A DNA stretch of 64,000 bases from an uncultured Gemmatimonadales bacterium (GCA_963716055.1 CAVQSR010000004.1:97888-161887), one strand, 5' to 3'; shown: positions 50,176 to 60,559, counted from the first letter of the stretch. The notes: a model not told the origin generated them from the letters alone. Numbers and translations: made by a program.

Positions 50176-53100
50176 ATGACGACGGCTGGCCCGCCGGAGC
50201 CTGCGCTTCCTCGTGCACTGATCGTCACGGCGCTGGAAGTCGAATACTTACAGGTGCGAGCACAGCTCGCTGACGTGCGTAAGGAAAGCGACCCGCGCGG
50301 TACCGTGTACGAAGTCGGGCTCTTCAAGGCCGGGGCGAGAGCTTGGGAGGTTGTCGTGCTCCAAGCTGGGCCCGGTAACGTCCCAGCGGCTATTGAGTCC
50401 GAGCGTGGAATCGAACGGTATCAGCCGCGAGTGGCCCTATTCATCGGGGTTGCTGGCGGTCTCAAGGACGTCCGTCTAGGCGACGTAGTAGCGGCGAACA
50501 AGATCTACGGATATGAGTCAGGAAAGGCTGCGATGGCTTTCCTGCCCCGACCGGATGTGGGCAGGTCGACGTACCCAATGGTCAACCGCGCTCGTGCAGA
50601 AGGACGGGAGAAAGACTGGCTGAGATGGCTGGGCGAACAAGTGCCCGACGCGCCGACAGTGTTTGTAGGGCCGATCGCCGCGGGGGAGAAGGTCGTTGCC
50701 TCGACGCGCTCCCCTGTCTTCCAATTCCTGCGCTCTGAATACAGCGACGCTCTCGCAGTCGAGATGGAGGGGCGCGGCTTTCTCGAGGCGGTCTACTCCA
50801 ACCCAGGAGTCGATGCTCTTGTCATAAGGGGCATATCGGATCTGATTGAGAATAAGTCGAGTGTCGAAACGACGGGCTCGCAGGAAATGGCTGCACGGAA
50901 TGCTAGCGCGTTCGGTTTCCAGATCCTGGCTAGCCTAGCGGGTGAACCAGCGTCGGTGGAAGTGCCTGACATCACACTTGCCGCGGCGCAAGTAAGAGAG
51001 GCCCTTGACCCACATGTGCTGCCGCGAATCGAGCGAGCCATCGTTTCAGACAAGTTAATACCAGCCGTCTTAAGAGGCGTTCGTGACAGCAGGCAGAGGG
51101 TAGTCTGTATCGTCGGCCCGGCAGGCTACGGAAAGAGCACGATCCTCGGGACCATGTACGACGACTTGGTTCGGGAGGGCATTTCATGGGTGTCTCTGGT
51201 CAGATGTAACGATATCGCGCTCGGGTTTGAGAACAGCGTTGAAGGTCTGGACCAAGCGCTAGGTGAAGCCGCTTCTGGACGTCGAGGTTCGATAGCGCAG
51301 ATCGCCCGTGTCGTTGCACAGGTGAGGGGGAGAGGGGTCCTGCTGATCGACACGCTAGACCTATTGTTATCGGAACGCCTTGTAGCCCCGCTGCGCGGGG
51401 TTCTCTTGCGCCTGGCGGAGACAGGCACGACGGTCGTACTCACGTGCCGCGACTTTGAGTACAATGCCTTCCTTGAGCCAAGCACTGATAAGCTCCCCGG
51501 CCTGTCGACCAGCATAGATCGCTACAACGTGCCGCCGTTTTCTACCGAAGAGGTGAAGCTCGCCGCGATCGCCTTTGTGAACAGCCAGCCAGAACTCAGC
51601 CAACAGACGCGCAACGAGACTTTCGCCAATGGAATCGTCCGCCTTTCAACAGATAATCGCCCACTACAGGAGATCACCCACAATCCGCTGCTGCTCGGGA
51701 TGTTGTGCGAACTGTTCGGAAGAGACGGATCCGTGCCCAGAGATCTGTCCGTGAATCGCCTCTACGCGGAGTATTGGAGGCGAAAGGTTACAGCTAGTCG
51801 CAAGCACGGCCCAGGCTCTGCCGTGGCGATGCGAAAGGAGCAGTATTGCCTTCGAATCGCTCGGGCTCTCTACCAGCTGTCCGATGACCGGCTCTTGGAA
51901 TCGCTTTACGAAAGTGACCTCGACACTCATTTGGATGAAACCCTCGCTGCAGCACGGGCGGAGCTACTAAGCGATGATGTACTAGACTACGTGCAACAAA
52001 CAGGGCGAACGCGCTTCTTTCACCAAACTTTCCTGGAGTACGCGATTGCGCGATGGCTGGTCACGGAATCGGGAAAGCCGGAGAGGGATGCCTTGTTCGG
52101 GCGAGTCCGTTCCGCAGAGTCGGGGATTCACTGGTGGCCGATCGTTCGTCAGGTGTTGACTAGTGTGGAGGAAGGTGAGTTCGACCGGCTCGTAGACATC
52201 CTGGATCTTTCAAGGATTGAGGCATTTCGCTCAGCTGCTCTCGCTGCGGCTGCGAGGCTAGAAGGCAATCGGGTTTCCAGGCTCCTCTCTTTGGCCCTCA
52301 CTCTTGGATCACAGCATCAGAAGGCGCTCTTTCTCGCACTGCATTCGACTGCATCAGTGGTTCGGCGAGAGACCTGGCACGCAATCCTGTTGTTGCTTGA
52401 GCACGGTGATTCCACCACAGCGTCGCGATTAGCTCAGGCAGTTGGTGAGCTGCTCCAACGGTCGGACTTGCCCTTAGACCATGGGCTTGATAGCGCTATG
52501 GCAGCCATCGAAAGGCGTCCTGCAGAGACATCGGTCGAGCGCGCCCGAAGCCGAGAGATCATGTGGGGGTGGATGGTCAGGTCATGCATGTCGCTGCTGC
52601 AAAGCGCTGTAGACGTAAAGGCACTGGAAGTGCTGCGCCAGAGATATGCGTCTTTCGGCATCCGGACGCAACTATCCGTTGTTCTCCTCCACCTCGCTCT
52701 AGGTGTTCCACGAGGAGCGGTTCGCGAACTCTTGGCAATCATCGTTGGACGCCCACTTCCTACAGAGTTGAGGCAAGCCGCATCGGACTTGTTAGAACGC
52801 TTCGAGAGGGCGCGCGCAGCAGAAGAGCACGACGCCTTAGTGCCCATGTCAATCAAGGGCCTTCATGGTCTACTCTCGGACGGGTGGAGTGAAGTGATGG
52901 CGGGCGTGCTCGGTCGCTTGGCATGCGACCAACCTGATTTGCTGTCTGAGCTGGTTCAGAACCTACTACTTCCAGACAACCGACGACCTGATCTGGAACT
53001 ACAGGCTCTCAGAGAGGTCATTCGACAAGGGGCAGCCCACAAGGTACTAGCATTGATACTCGAATCTCCTTTAGAGCATGTTCTAGAGAGTCGCTTCGTC

Positions 53101-54204
53101 CTGGTCTCAACGTTGGTAAGTGAGATTGCACGAGCCGAACGGTTCATCGATGCAGATGGGATCGCTAGGAGACTTCAGAACATTGCGGTGAAGGCACCGG
53201 AAGTCTTTGCTCGTGCCTATGCAGCCCTGACGGATCGATCTGAGTTGGCGCGCAAAATCGTGCCCGAGCTTGTCGCAGCCCTTCCCGTAGATAGACGGGC
53301 TCCAACGGTCACGAGGATAATCCGTGAACTGCCAGCAGAAACCGTTGAGATCTTGGCCCCCGAGCTAGGGCGGTTCCTGGCAACAGCCGAATCGGATCGC
53401 GCCCAGAACATTGCATCAATCAGGCTCTTTGGAGCACTAGGGCGTGCGTCCCGAGAGGCTGTGTCGGCCCTCGTAGAGCGGTGTGCGTCTTCATCTATGA
53501 AGGTTGCTCTAGCAGCTGGATCTCGCCTTGTCTTGCTTGTGGGCAGTGAGAATAAGCTTTCGCCCAGCGACTTGTTGAGCCTGGCACAGTCCCGCTTTCA
53601 AGGAGTGCGACTGCATTGGCTCGAGGCACTCAGCCGCATGTTGGAGCTCCGTCAACCGTTCTCGGAGCAAGACCTTGTTGCAGCATGCAAAGCAGCTGTG
53701 TTCGAAAGATCCGATCCTGTCGTCCGCCTGCTCCTTTCGCTCGTGGCCAATTGGGTTCGGGAGAATGGTCGAGCCCCTGGGGCCAGTGCGGAGGTTGTTG
53801 GAGCAATCGCGCTGCGCTTGGTGGGGCGAGGCCAAGTAGAGAGCGGCATGCTCAGATCGTTGATCATCGCACTCAAGACTATTGCGCAAACTGAAGAGCT
53901 TGGGCTGCAGTTACAGTTGCGCTTGTGGACAGTAGCGTTAATACGTTCGACGGACTTACGGCGTGGCCATGGTGCGGAGCCGCAAGCCATTGATCTGCTT
54001 AGTGCCTTGGCCCGTCTGGACCCAACCTTCCTGGGGGTCCTGGTCGCGGACTCAAGTAGTTTCCCAGTCGGGAACCTCCGCGCGCTAGTGCTCGCCATTC
54101 GGCGAGTTGACGGAGTACGATCACCTCTACTTGACGAGGTTCTTGGTGCTCCCTGGTGCGACTCGGACACGAAGGCCCTAGTACTCGGGTGGCGTGGAGC
54201 TTGA
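50176..54204 (+). CDS. PNP/MTA-SAH nucleosidase-like effector + STAND NTPase + long helical C-terminal domain (Avs/NLR-like candidate defence protein)
   Basis: PNP motifs IVTALEVE, FIGVAGG, AVEMEG and IRGISD; Walker A GPAGYGKST (51115-51141); Walker B LLIDTLD; sensor VLTCR; NPLLL; FFHQTFLEY; Leu/Ala-rich helical tail. Confidence 0.85.
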   Translation: MTTAGPPEPALPRALIVTALEVEYLQVRAQLADVRKESDPRGTVYEVGLFKAGARAWEVVVLQAGPGNVPAAIESERGIERYQPRVALFIGVAGGLKDVRLGDVVAANKIYGYESGKAAMAFLPRPDVGRSTYPMVNRARAEGREKDWLRWLGEQVPDAPTVFVGPIAAGEKVVASTRSPVFQFLRSEYSDALAVEMEGRGFLEAVYSNPGVDALVIRGISDLIENKSSVETTGSQEMAARNASAFGFQILASLAGEPASVEVPDITLAAAQVREALDPHVLPRIERAIVSDKLIPAVLRGVRDSRQRVVCIVGPAGYGKSTILGTMYDDLVREGISWVSLVRCNDIALGFENSVEGLDQALGEAASGRRGSIAQIARVVAQVRGRGVLLIDTLDLLLSERLVAPLRGVLLRLAETGTTVVLTCRDFEYNAFLEPSTDKLPGLSTSIDRYNVPPFSTEEVKLAAIAFVNSQPELSQQTRNETFANGIVRLSTDNRPLQEITHNPLLLGMLCELFGRDGSVPRDLSVNRLYAEYWRRKVTASRKHGPGSAVAMRKEQYCLRIARALYQLSDDRLLESLYESDLDTHLDETLAAARAELLSDDVLDYVQQTGRTRFFHQTFLEYAIARWLVTESGKPERDALFGRVRSAESGIHWWPIVRQVLTSVEEGEFDRLVDILDLSRIEAFRSAALAAAARLEGNRVSRLLSLALTLGSQHQKALFLALHSTASVVRRETWHAILLLLEHGDSTTASRLAQAVGELLQRSDLPLDHGLDSAMAAIERRPAETSVERARSREIMWGWMVRSCMSLLQSAVDVKALEVLRQRYASFGIRTQLSVVLLHLALGVPRGAVRELLAIIVGRPLPTELRQAASDLLERFERARAAEEHDALVPMSIKGLHGLLSDGWSEVMAGVLGRLACDQPDLLSELVQNLLLPDNRRPDLELQALREVIRQGAAHKVLALILESPLEHVLESRFVLVSTLVSEIARAERFIDADGIARRLQNIAVKAPEVFARAYAALTDRSELARKIVPELVAALPVDRRAPTVTRIIRELPAETVEILAPELGRFLATAESDRAQNIASIRLFGALGRASREAVSALVERCASSSMKVALAAGSRLVLLVGSENKLSPSDLLSLAQSRFQGVRLHWLEALSRMLELRQPFSEQDLVAACKAAVFERSDPVVRLLLSLVANWVRENGRAPGASAEVVGAIALRLVGRGQVESGMLRSLIIALKTIAQTEELGLQLQLRLWTVALIRSTDLRRGHGAEPQAIDLLSALARLDPTFLGVLVADSSSFPVGNLRALVLAIRRVDGVRSPLLDEVLGAPWCDSDTKALVLGWRGA

Positions 54205-54770
54205 AACGGAAGAACGGCCACCGTCTGGCTGGGAGCTGGATGCGCCGGGGTGCGTTCGCGCCGCTGCTGCAAGCCAAACCCAAGCATGCGAACAAGGTGT
54301 TGTACGCACGCAGCGAGGACACCTCCTGGCACCGACCCAAGTGGACACCGAAGCTCAAGGCAGCACTAACAGCTCTCGGCTCTAAGGTTGAACGAGCTCT
54401 GATGCACAACGCACACCGCGAGATCAACATCGCCGAGGGCGTCCGCGTTCGCCTTTTCGCGGGTAGTGGAGACGGCGCCTACACGTTGGTTTCCGCCCAC
54501 ATCCGATATCACGGCGCGCGACTCCTGTTTACTGGCGCCGCCCACTGCGAGTACTAAAGGCAGTTGTTTCAACAGGTCGGCGAAGAGGATTTCCGCGCGA
54601 CCTCCTCAATGTGACCCTTCACGGAAGCAGTACGGGAACTGCGTCCCGTCGTGCAGCTGGTGAAGCAGGGCACAAGTTGACGCGATGGTTAGCGGTGCGC
54701 AGCGGATGACCAATCCTCTGCGCATCTCTGGGGTGGCAAGATGCACCGCATTGGCGGCGCGGCAAGTGAC
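54156..54770 (+). pseudogene. Decayed ComEC/Rec2-like MBL-fold hydrolase remnant
   Basis: IRYHGARLLFTGAAHCEY* then, after a frame change, LLNVTLHGSS, resembling the LFTGD and LKVxHHGS motifs; ends at the IS21 insertion. Confidence 0.45.
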
Positions 54771-54839
54771 TATTGTCAACGGCGGCCAGGAATTGCGCAT
54801 TTTCGGCGGCGAAAAGTGCACACTCGCCGGGGGACGAGC

Positions 54840-55676
54840 CTAGGGCGTCGGGGCCTCCTGGCGGCGGGCGCCGCGGCGGGAAGCGGGACGCTCGGCGGCA
54901 CGGGGCGGCGGGCTGAGCAGCTGTTGGAGATCGGCGTGCCGGCGCATCCGGTAGCTGTTGCCGCGGATGTTGACGATGTGGCAGTGGTGGACGAGGCGGT
55001 CGATCAGGGCGCTGGCCATGACGTCATCGCCGAAGACGTCGCCCCAGTCCTCGAAGCCCTTGTTGCTGGTGAGGACGGTGGAGGCCCGCTCGTAGCGGCG
55101 ACTCATAAGTTGAAAGAAGAGCATCGCCCCGATTCGGCTGATCGGCAGGTAGCCGAGCTCATCGACGACGAGGAGCGAGGGGAAGACGAGAGTCTTGAGG
55201 CGCTGACTGAGACGCCCGGCCGCCTGAGCCTCTTCGAGTGACGTGATGAGGTCGGAGAGGGTGCCGTAGTAGACCCGGCGGCCGCTTTGGGCGGCGGCGA
55301 TCGCGAGGCTGATCGCCAGGTGCGTCTTCCCGACGCCGGGCGGCCCGAGGAAGATGACGTTTTCGCGGCGCTCGACGAAGCCGAGGGTGTGGAGGCTGTC
55401 GATCTGCTCGCGCTGGAGCGAGGGCTGGAAAGCGAAATCGAAGTCGACCAGGGTCTTCACGGCGGGGAGCCGGGACGAGCGCATGGCCGCCACCAGCCGG
55501 CGGTTGTTGCGCAGGGTGATCTGCGCGCCGAGCAGGGCCTCGAGGGCGTCAGGGGCCTTGAGGTGGCCGCCGTCGATGCGGGCGAGGATATCGTCGAGGG
55601 CTTCGAGCGCGCCGGGCATCTTGAGGTCGGCGAGCTGGGCGCGGAGCCGGTCGCGGAGCGAGGGGGCGGTCCTCAT
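54840..55676 (-). CDS. istB: IS21 helper ATPase
   Basis: GPPGVGKTHLA, LLVVDELGY, TSNKGF, ALIDRLVHH. Confidence 0.96.
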   Translation of the reverse strand: MRTAPSLRDRLRAQLADLKMPGALEALDDILARIDGGHLKAPDALEALLGAQITLRNNRRLVAAMRSSRLPAVKTLVDFDFAFQPSLQREQIDSLHTLGFVERRENVIFLGPPGVGKTHLAISLAIAAAQSGRRVYYGTLSDLITSLEEAQAAGRLSQRLKTLVFPSLLVVDELGYLPISRIGAMLFFQLMSRRYERASTVLTSNKGFEDWGDVFGDDVMASALIDRLVHHCHIVNIRGNSYRMRRHADLQQLLSPPPRAAERPASRRGARRQEAPTP

Positions 55677-56701
55677 CGCCCCTCCGCCGCGAGCTGTGCG
55701 TAGGCCGTGAGCGGGCGCCGCTCGACGGCGACGCGGGGGACGACGCCCTGGCCCGCCGGGGCCGGCGGGGCGTCGGGCAGCAGGACGAGCGACCGATACG
55801 GACGAGCCGCGAGCGCCTGCAGCACCGCGCGCTCGTCGCGCGCGAAGCGCCCCGCCGGCGGCTCGTGGGTCGTGCCGTGGTCACGGACATTGGCCACGGT
55901 GGCGAGCCAGTGCAGCGCTTGGGCATTGAGGTCGGCGTCGCCGGCGAAGGCCCGGCCGTACAGGAAGCTCTGCCGGACGTACCGGATCGGCCGTTCGACC
56001 TTGCCCTTGGTCTGCGCGCGGTAGGGGCGACAGGCGCGGATCCGGAAGCCCCAATGGGCGGCGAAGCGCAGGAACTCGGGATTCTCGAGGACGCGGCCAC
56101 CCTGGGGGCGACGATCCTCCAGGATGACGGCCTTGAGCTGGTCGAAGAGCAACTCGTGGGGCACGCCGCCGAGGAACGCAAAGGCTGTCTCGAGGCCGGT
56201 CAGCAGGGTGCGGAGCGTCTGGCGGGGGTAGAACTGGACCCAGAGCAGGCGTGAGTAGCCGAGGACGACGATCAGCGCGAAGCGCTTCCCCCAAGGCAGG
56301 CGCATCTCGGCGAAATCGACCTGGCCCTGCTGGCCTGGCGGCGTTTCGAAGCGGACGATCGGCTCCGGCGCCGGGACGGGCCGGACGCGCCGGACGAAGA
56401 CCTTGAGCTGGGTCAAGCTGCCGGGGTACCCGGCGGCGCGGACCTCTTCGAAGAGCCGGACCGCGGTCAGATCGGGATACGTCTCGAGCCGTTGCCGGAT
56501 GAGGTCGTGGTAGGGATCCAGTTGGGTGGGCCGCGGCGGATAGCGTACGCTGCCCAGCTCGACCGCGCGGTCGAGATCGCCGTGGGCGATCCAATTGTAG
56601 ATGCAGCGCCGGCTGACCCCGATGCGCTCGGCGATGGCGGTCTTGGAGAGACCTTGCTCCAGATAATGGCGCAGCAGCACACGCGGCTCCCAGTCGTACA
56701 T
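55673..56701 (-). CDS. istA: IS21 transposase
   Basis: RFETPPGQQGQVDF, LFDQLK, CRPYRAQTKGKVERPI. Confidence 0.96.
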   Translation of the reverse strand: MYDWEPRVLLRHYLEQGLSKTAIAERIGVSRRCIYNWIAHGDLDRAVELGSVRYPPRPTQLDPYHDLIRQRLETYPDLTAVRLFEEVRAAGYPGSLTQLKVFVRRVRPVPAPEPIVRFETPPGQQGQVDFAEMRLPWGKRFALIVVLGYSRLLWVQFYPRQTLRTLLTGLETAFAFLGGVPHELLFDQLKAVILEDRRPQGGRVLENPEFLRFAAHWGFRIRACRPYRAQTKGKVERPIRYVRQSFLYGRAFAGDADLNAQALHWLATVANVRDHGTTHEPPAGRFARDERAVLQALAARPYRSLVLLPDAPPAPAGQGVVPRVAVERRPLTAYAQLAAEGR

Positions 56702-57496
56702 CGCGTCTCCCGAGGGGGGCGACGCGAATCTGCTAACGGGCCGGAGGGCGGCGACCGGTGAGGATCTCAGCCCCCGGTGGGATCGGGGCCGAGTGTGCAG
56801 TTTTGGCCGCCGAATTCGTGCAATCTGGGGCCGCCGCTAACAACTATTACGCTGCGGCGGGTGCCACTTGCGGTCTTGGCACCTATGCGCGGGGCTCGCC
56901 CAGCACACCGGCGGCAAGACTCTCGCTACCTCGTCACGTGCCGGATCGCATTGCCACGGCATGGGATGCGGCAGACGGGGGCTCGATGAGAGACAAGAAC
57001 TGGAAGCGCTTGAAGGTCGGGACGCGTGGTTTGAGCGCCTGGAGTCGCAGGAGGTCGCCGTGCGCTGTCACCTAGAATTAGCGCGGCGGCGCCCAGCGCA
57101 GCGAGGGGGGCACGTCCGGCTTGTCGATCCCTATTCCTTGCCGCGGAGCCGAACCGCGCATGCTGCGCGTCCGCGCCGGCTTTCCACCGCACGCTGCGCG
57201 TGCCGCTCGTGCTCAACACGCTGGATGCTCGGCAGAAGTTGACACAGAAGTTGACACAGTTCTATCGGGACTCAGTAATGGACGAGCGCGGAAAACACCG
57301 GACTTTGGCGACGAGGGGCCACGTGCGGCCCCCTCGTCGCATGAGGCAGTATCAGCTTTTCCTCCCACCCGTTCCCTGATCTGGCAGGTCGGCGGCGTCG
57401 ATTCTTGTCCGTGGCCGCTGCAGGCCGCAGCTTTCTGTGAAGCGGCGCACCCGTTAGCTGGCGCGGGAAACAATCCGAGGATCATCGGAGGCAAAT

Positions 57497-59140
57497 ATGT
57501 GGAAGTCTTTGGCACTCGCGTTTGGGGCTCTATATCTGGTCTCCACAGAATCAGTGTCGGCGCAGGACCTCCGCCTTGTGTTGAGGAATCTAGACCCCGC
57601 CAGAAGTGCGGCGGTCCGCCTCGCTGGTTTGAAGGCGGTGGATACGCTCCTCCGGGACAACCCCAGGACGGCTACGCAGATCATCTTCACCGCCATTCGT
57701 CCGATGCTGGGTGATCCCAGCTTGGAGATGAGGACCGCTGCTCTTTCAACGGTCGAGCTTCTCTTTCTTGCGGCACCTTCTTTGGCCACGGAGGCGAACT
57801 TCAGCCCAGTGCTTGAGTGCGTAACTCGAACCTTGACGGGTTGGCAAGGGATGCTGGCGGAGCCCGACATGAAGGCTCGATACGAATCGTTTCTCGCGGT
57901 CCAGCTTGCTTTCAATGTGGCGCCTTCGTTGGCGACCCAGGCGAGTTATGACTATTTTCGTGGAGGCGCGGTGGACCCAGACGATGATAACGCCTTCGGT
58001 GTGCTCGCTTCATTCTTTATTGCGAACTCCAAGCTCTCGCCGGCCTTTCTTGAGTTGCACCGCAGCCGAATCACAGCCCAAAACTTCAGGGACGTTCTCA
58101 CCCGATTGTTTGGGCAGGCAGATTCTCGATGGCGGCAGGGAGCTCTGCTCGAAGCCCAATGGTTTGTTGAGGCGGACCCCTCTTTGGCTAACTCTGAGGC
58201 CGCGACAGAAGTTCTGAACCAGATTCAGTTGCAGGTCTCTCAGGACCACCTGGACGTTCTGCTTTTCCAAGGACTGCCCGCTCTTGATCTGTTGATTGGC
58301 ACCAACGCGGCTCTCGCTACGCCGGAGCGGTTCCGACAAGTCAGTCTGCTGCTTTCTCATGAGGCTTGGCCAATCAGGAATGCCGTCAGAAGGACTGTCG
58401 ACTTGTTTCTCAAAGTGAACCCGTCACTCAGGCAGGCATCAACATCCCTGCAACAGCGAGATCTCCAGTCTAGCGAGCGTTGGCGTACCGATTACGCAGC
58501 GTTCGCCGAGGCGTACGGACTCTGCCTGCGTCGAGCGTCATGCGACGCCATTGCCACCTTCAGACGAAGGACTGTTACGTGGCAGGGCACGCTAAGGAGC
58601 TTCAAAGAGACCGCGCGCAAGACACTGCTGGGAACCGATTCCATCGGGCGCGCCGAGGTCCACATGACTCCAGAAAGCGTGTTGCTCACGGACCGACATG
58701 GTACTTCCCGCAAGCTTGTTTGCTGCTCGTTCGAAACGGCCGATCCCAGGCGCTGGCGACAATTGCCTCTCGGCGCGGTGGTCACGTTTCGCGCTGTACT
58801 CGGGGGCTACGAGGAGCCTGTGGAGGTCCTTCCCAGCCATGCCCACGTTTGGCTGGACTACGGCGAGCTCCCTGCCGGTGCTCCTCCTACCGCGGAGGAT
58901 AAGGACGTGGTATCGGGCGAGATTCTCCTAGTGGACGTGGCAGCAGGCGGGATTACCGTGAGGCTGTATGAAAGGACCGACGATGATCGTCAACAACATC
59001 TCACTGTGACTTTTGAACCGAACACCGACATTACCAACGGCACGAGCAACGTCGCGGTGAGATCGTTAAAGACCGGCGACGAGGTAGACGTTGAGTACTA
59101 CTTGCAGACCAACATCGCGACCTATGTCTTTGTTCACTGA
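57497..59140 (+). CDS. Exported hypothetical protein with a HEAT-like helical N-terminal half
   Basis: Signal peptide, helical Leu/Ala repeats and a beta-rich C-terminus; GGAGG SD. Confidence 0.65.
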   Translation: MWKSLALAFGALYLVSTESVSAQDLRLVLRNLDPARSAAVRLAGLKAVDTLLRDNPRTATQIIFTAIRPMLGDPSLEMRTAALSTVELLFLAAPSLATEANFSPVLECVTRTLTGWQGMLAEPDMKARYESFLAVQLAFNVAPSLATQASYDYFRGGAVDPDDDNAFGVLASFFIANSKLSPAFLELHRSRITAQNFRDVLTRLFGQADSRWRQGALLEAQWFVEADPSLANSEAATEVLNQIQLQVSQDHLDVLLFQGLPALDLLIGTNAALATPERFRQVSLLLSHEAWPIRNAVRRTVDLFLKVNPSLRQASTSLQQRDLQSSERWRTDYAAFAEAYGLCLRRASCDAIATFRRRTVTWQGTLRSFKETARKTLLGTDSIGRAEVHMTPESVLLTDRHGTSRKLVCCSFETADPRRWRQLPLGAVVTFRAVLGGYEEPVEVLPSHAHVWLDYGELPAGAPPTAEDKDVVSGEILLVDVAAGGITVRLYERTDDDRQQHLTVTFEPNTDITNGTSNVAVRSLKTGDEVDVEYYLQTNIATYVFVH

Positions 59141-59269
59141 CCCGTGGTCGTGCACGAGCACGTTCATGGAGGACGACTCATATTCTTGCCCCGGTACACC
59201 GGAAGCTCCAAGCCTTCGCCCATCAGAGCATGTTCCCGCCTGGCCCGAATTCATCCTAGAGAGGCAGCA

Positions 59270-59734
59270 ATGACTCCCCAGCGAAAGAACCTCGACCCGC
59301 AGGCCATCTCCACGGCGGTCGCCTTAGTGGTGGTACTCGCAGCGGTCCTCGCACCGAGCCCCTCTGCCGCCCAGGGCCCCCCACCATCGACAATGGTGAT
59401 CGCGGACTCAAAGGGCGTCACCCATGAGGTCACGGACTACGGCCTAGTCTGGTGCTTCCCCGAACAGAAGACCACATTTGTCAAGGTTTCTCGCGGTAGT
59501 GCAGAGGAGCAGTATCCGTTCAAACAGATCGCCAGAATCGAGTCGCGTCTTGTCAAGCCTCCCGGCCGCTCAGCGACCCAATGGGACCTGACCCTCACCC
59601 TCATCGATGGACAGGTCATCACATCTCAAGACAACAGCGGAGCTGGATGTGTCTATGTGGTAGGGCGCAGCAAGACCGGTGGCGCATTCCGACTCCTGCT
59701 CTCGTCGGCGCGGCTCATCACCTTTAGACCGTAG
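59270..59734 (+). CDS. Exported hypothetical protein
   Basis: ATG 59270 after GAGG; signal peptide ending PSAA-Q. Confidence 0.55.
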   Translation: MTPQRKNLDPQAISTAVALVVVLAAVLAPSPSAAQGPPPSTMVIADSKGVTHEVTDYGLVWCFPEQKTTFVKVSRGSAEEQYPFKQIARIESRLVKPPGRSATQWDLTLTLIDGQVITSQDNSGAGCVYVVGRSKTGGAFRLLLSSARLITFRP

Positions 59735-59811
59735 CAGGCTCCCTGGGTGGGTGCGTTGGGACCAGCCGAGGACCGGACCCACCCACAGACGGCTGTCTTG
59801 GGAGGTAGATC

Positions 59812-60540
59812 ATGAACAGGCGAAGCCGCATTCTCGCTGCGGCACTTCTGTTGGCATATCCGGTTGCGACCTTCGCCCAGGAAGCACCGAGACGTGCCGA
59901 ACGCAATTCAGACGTGATGAAGCGTCTGGAGGCAATCCTCGGCCCGCTGATACCAATAACAGGCGAGGCCGCTGAGTCGCTGAATGCTCTTGCCGATCGC
60001 CTTGAGGAATTGGGCGAAACATATCTCTTGCCGGAAGAGGAGGCCGCCTTTCCGCCGCTTCTTCTCGCTGCGGCTAAAGGTCGGCCCACCGAAATACTGT
60101 CGCGGCTAGCGGCGGGTGACGACATCAATAAAACGCGGGACAATAAGGGCCGAACCGCGCTACACGTTGCCACGTTTCATAACCACCCAAGCGTCGTCAG
60201 GCTCCTCCTGAATCGCGCCGCTGATATTAATGCTCGTGACAACGACGGCGACACTCCACTAATCACTAATATCGCAATACGGGATCGGAGAAAGAGTGTA
60301 AGTGCCATTCTAGGGATGCTCCTTCTCGCTGGAGCGGACGTCAATGCACAGAACACGTCCGGCACGACGCCGCTGCTGCTTGCCGCGCACAGGGGCCACG
60401 TGAATACGTGCGAGGCCCTAATTGTGATGGGTGCCGATGTCAACTACGAGGCGACCCCATCTGGCATCACGGCCCTGATGCTGGCGAAGGGGAACCGAGA
60501 TCTTGTTCGTCTCCTGCAAAGAGCTGGAGCTCGCAAGTGA
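59812..60540 (+). CDS. Exported ankyrin repeat protein
   Basis: Signal peptide; GRTALHVA, GADVNAQNTSGTTPLLLAA and GITALMLA repeats. Confidence 0.88.
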   Translation: MNRRSRILAAALLLAYPVATFAQEAPRRAERNSDVMKRLEAILGPLIPITGEAAESLNALADRLEELGETYLLPEEEAAFPPLLLAAAKGRPTEILSRLAAGDDINKTRDNKGRTALHVATFHNHPSVVRLLLNRAADINARDNDGDTPLITNIAIRDRRKSVSAILGMLLLAGADVNAQNTSGTTPLLLAAHRGHVNTCEALIVMGADVNYEATPSGITALMLAKGNRDLVRLLQRAGARK

Positions 60541-60559
60541 ATGCGGTACGGGCGCTGGT

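Larger units (their letters stand above)
54774..56842 (-). mobile_element. Complete IS21-family element (2069 bp) with a 5-bp target duplication ACTAT
   Basis: Ends TGTCAACGGCGGCC... and ...GGCCGCCGCTAACA with internal TGCACAC repeats; ACTAT at 54769-54773 and 56843-56847; contains istA-istB. Confidence 0.93.
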
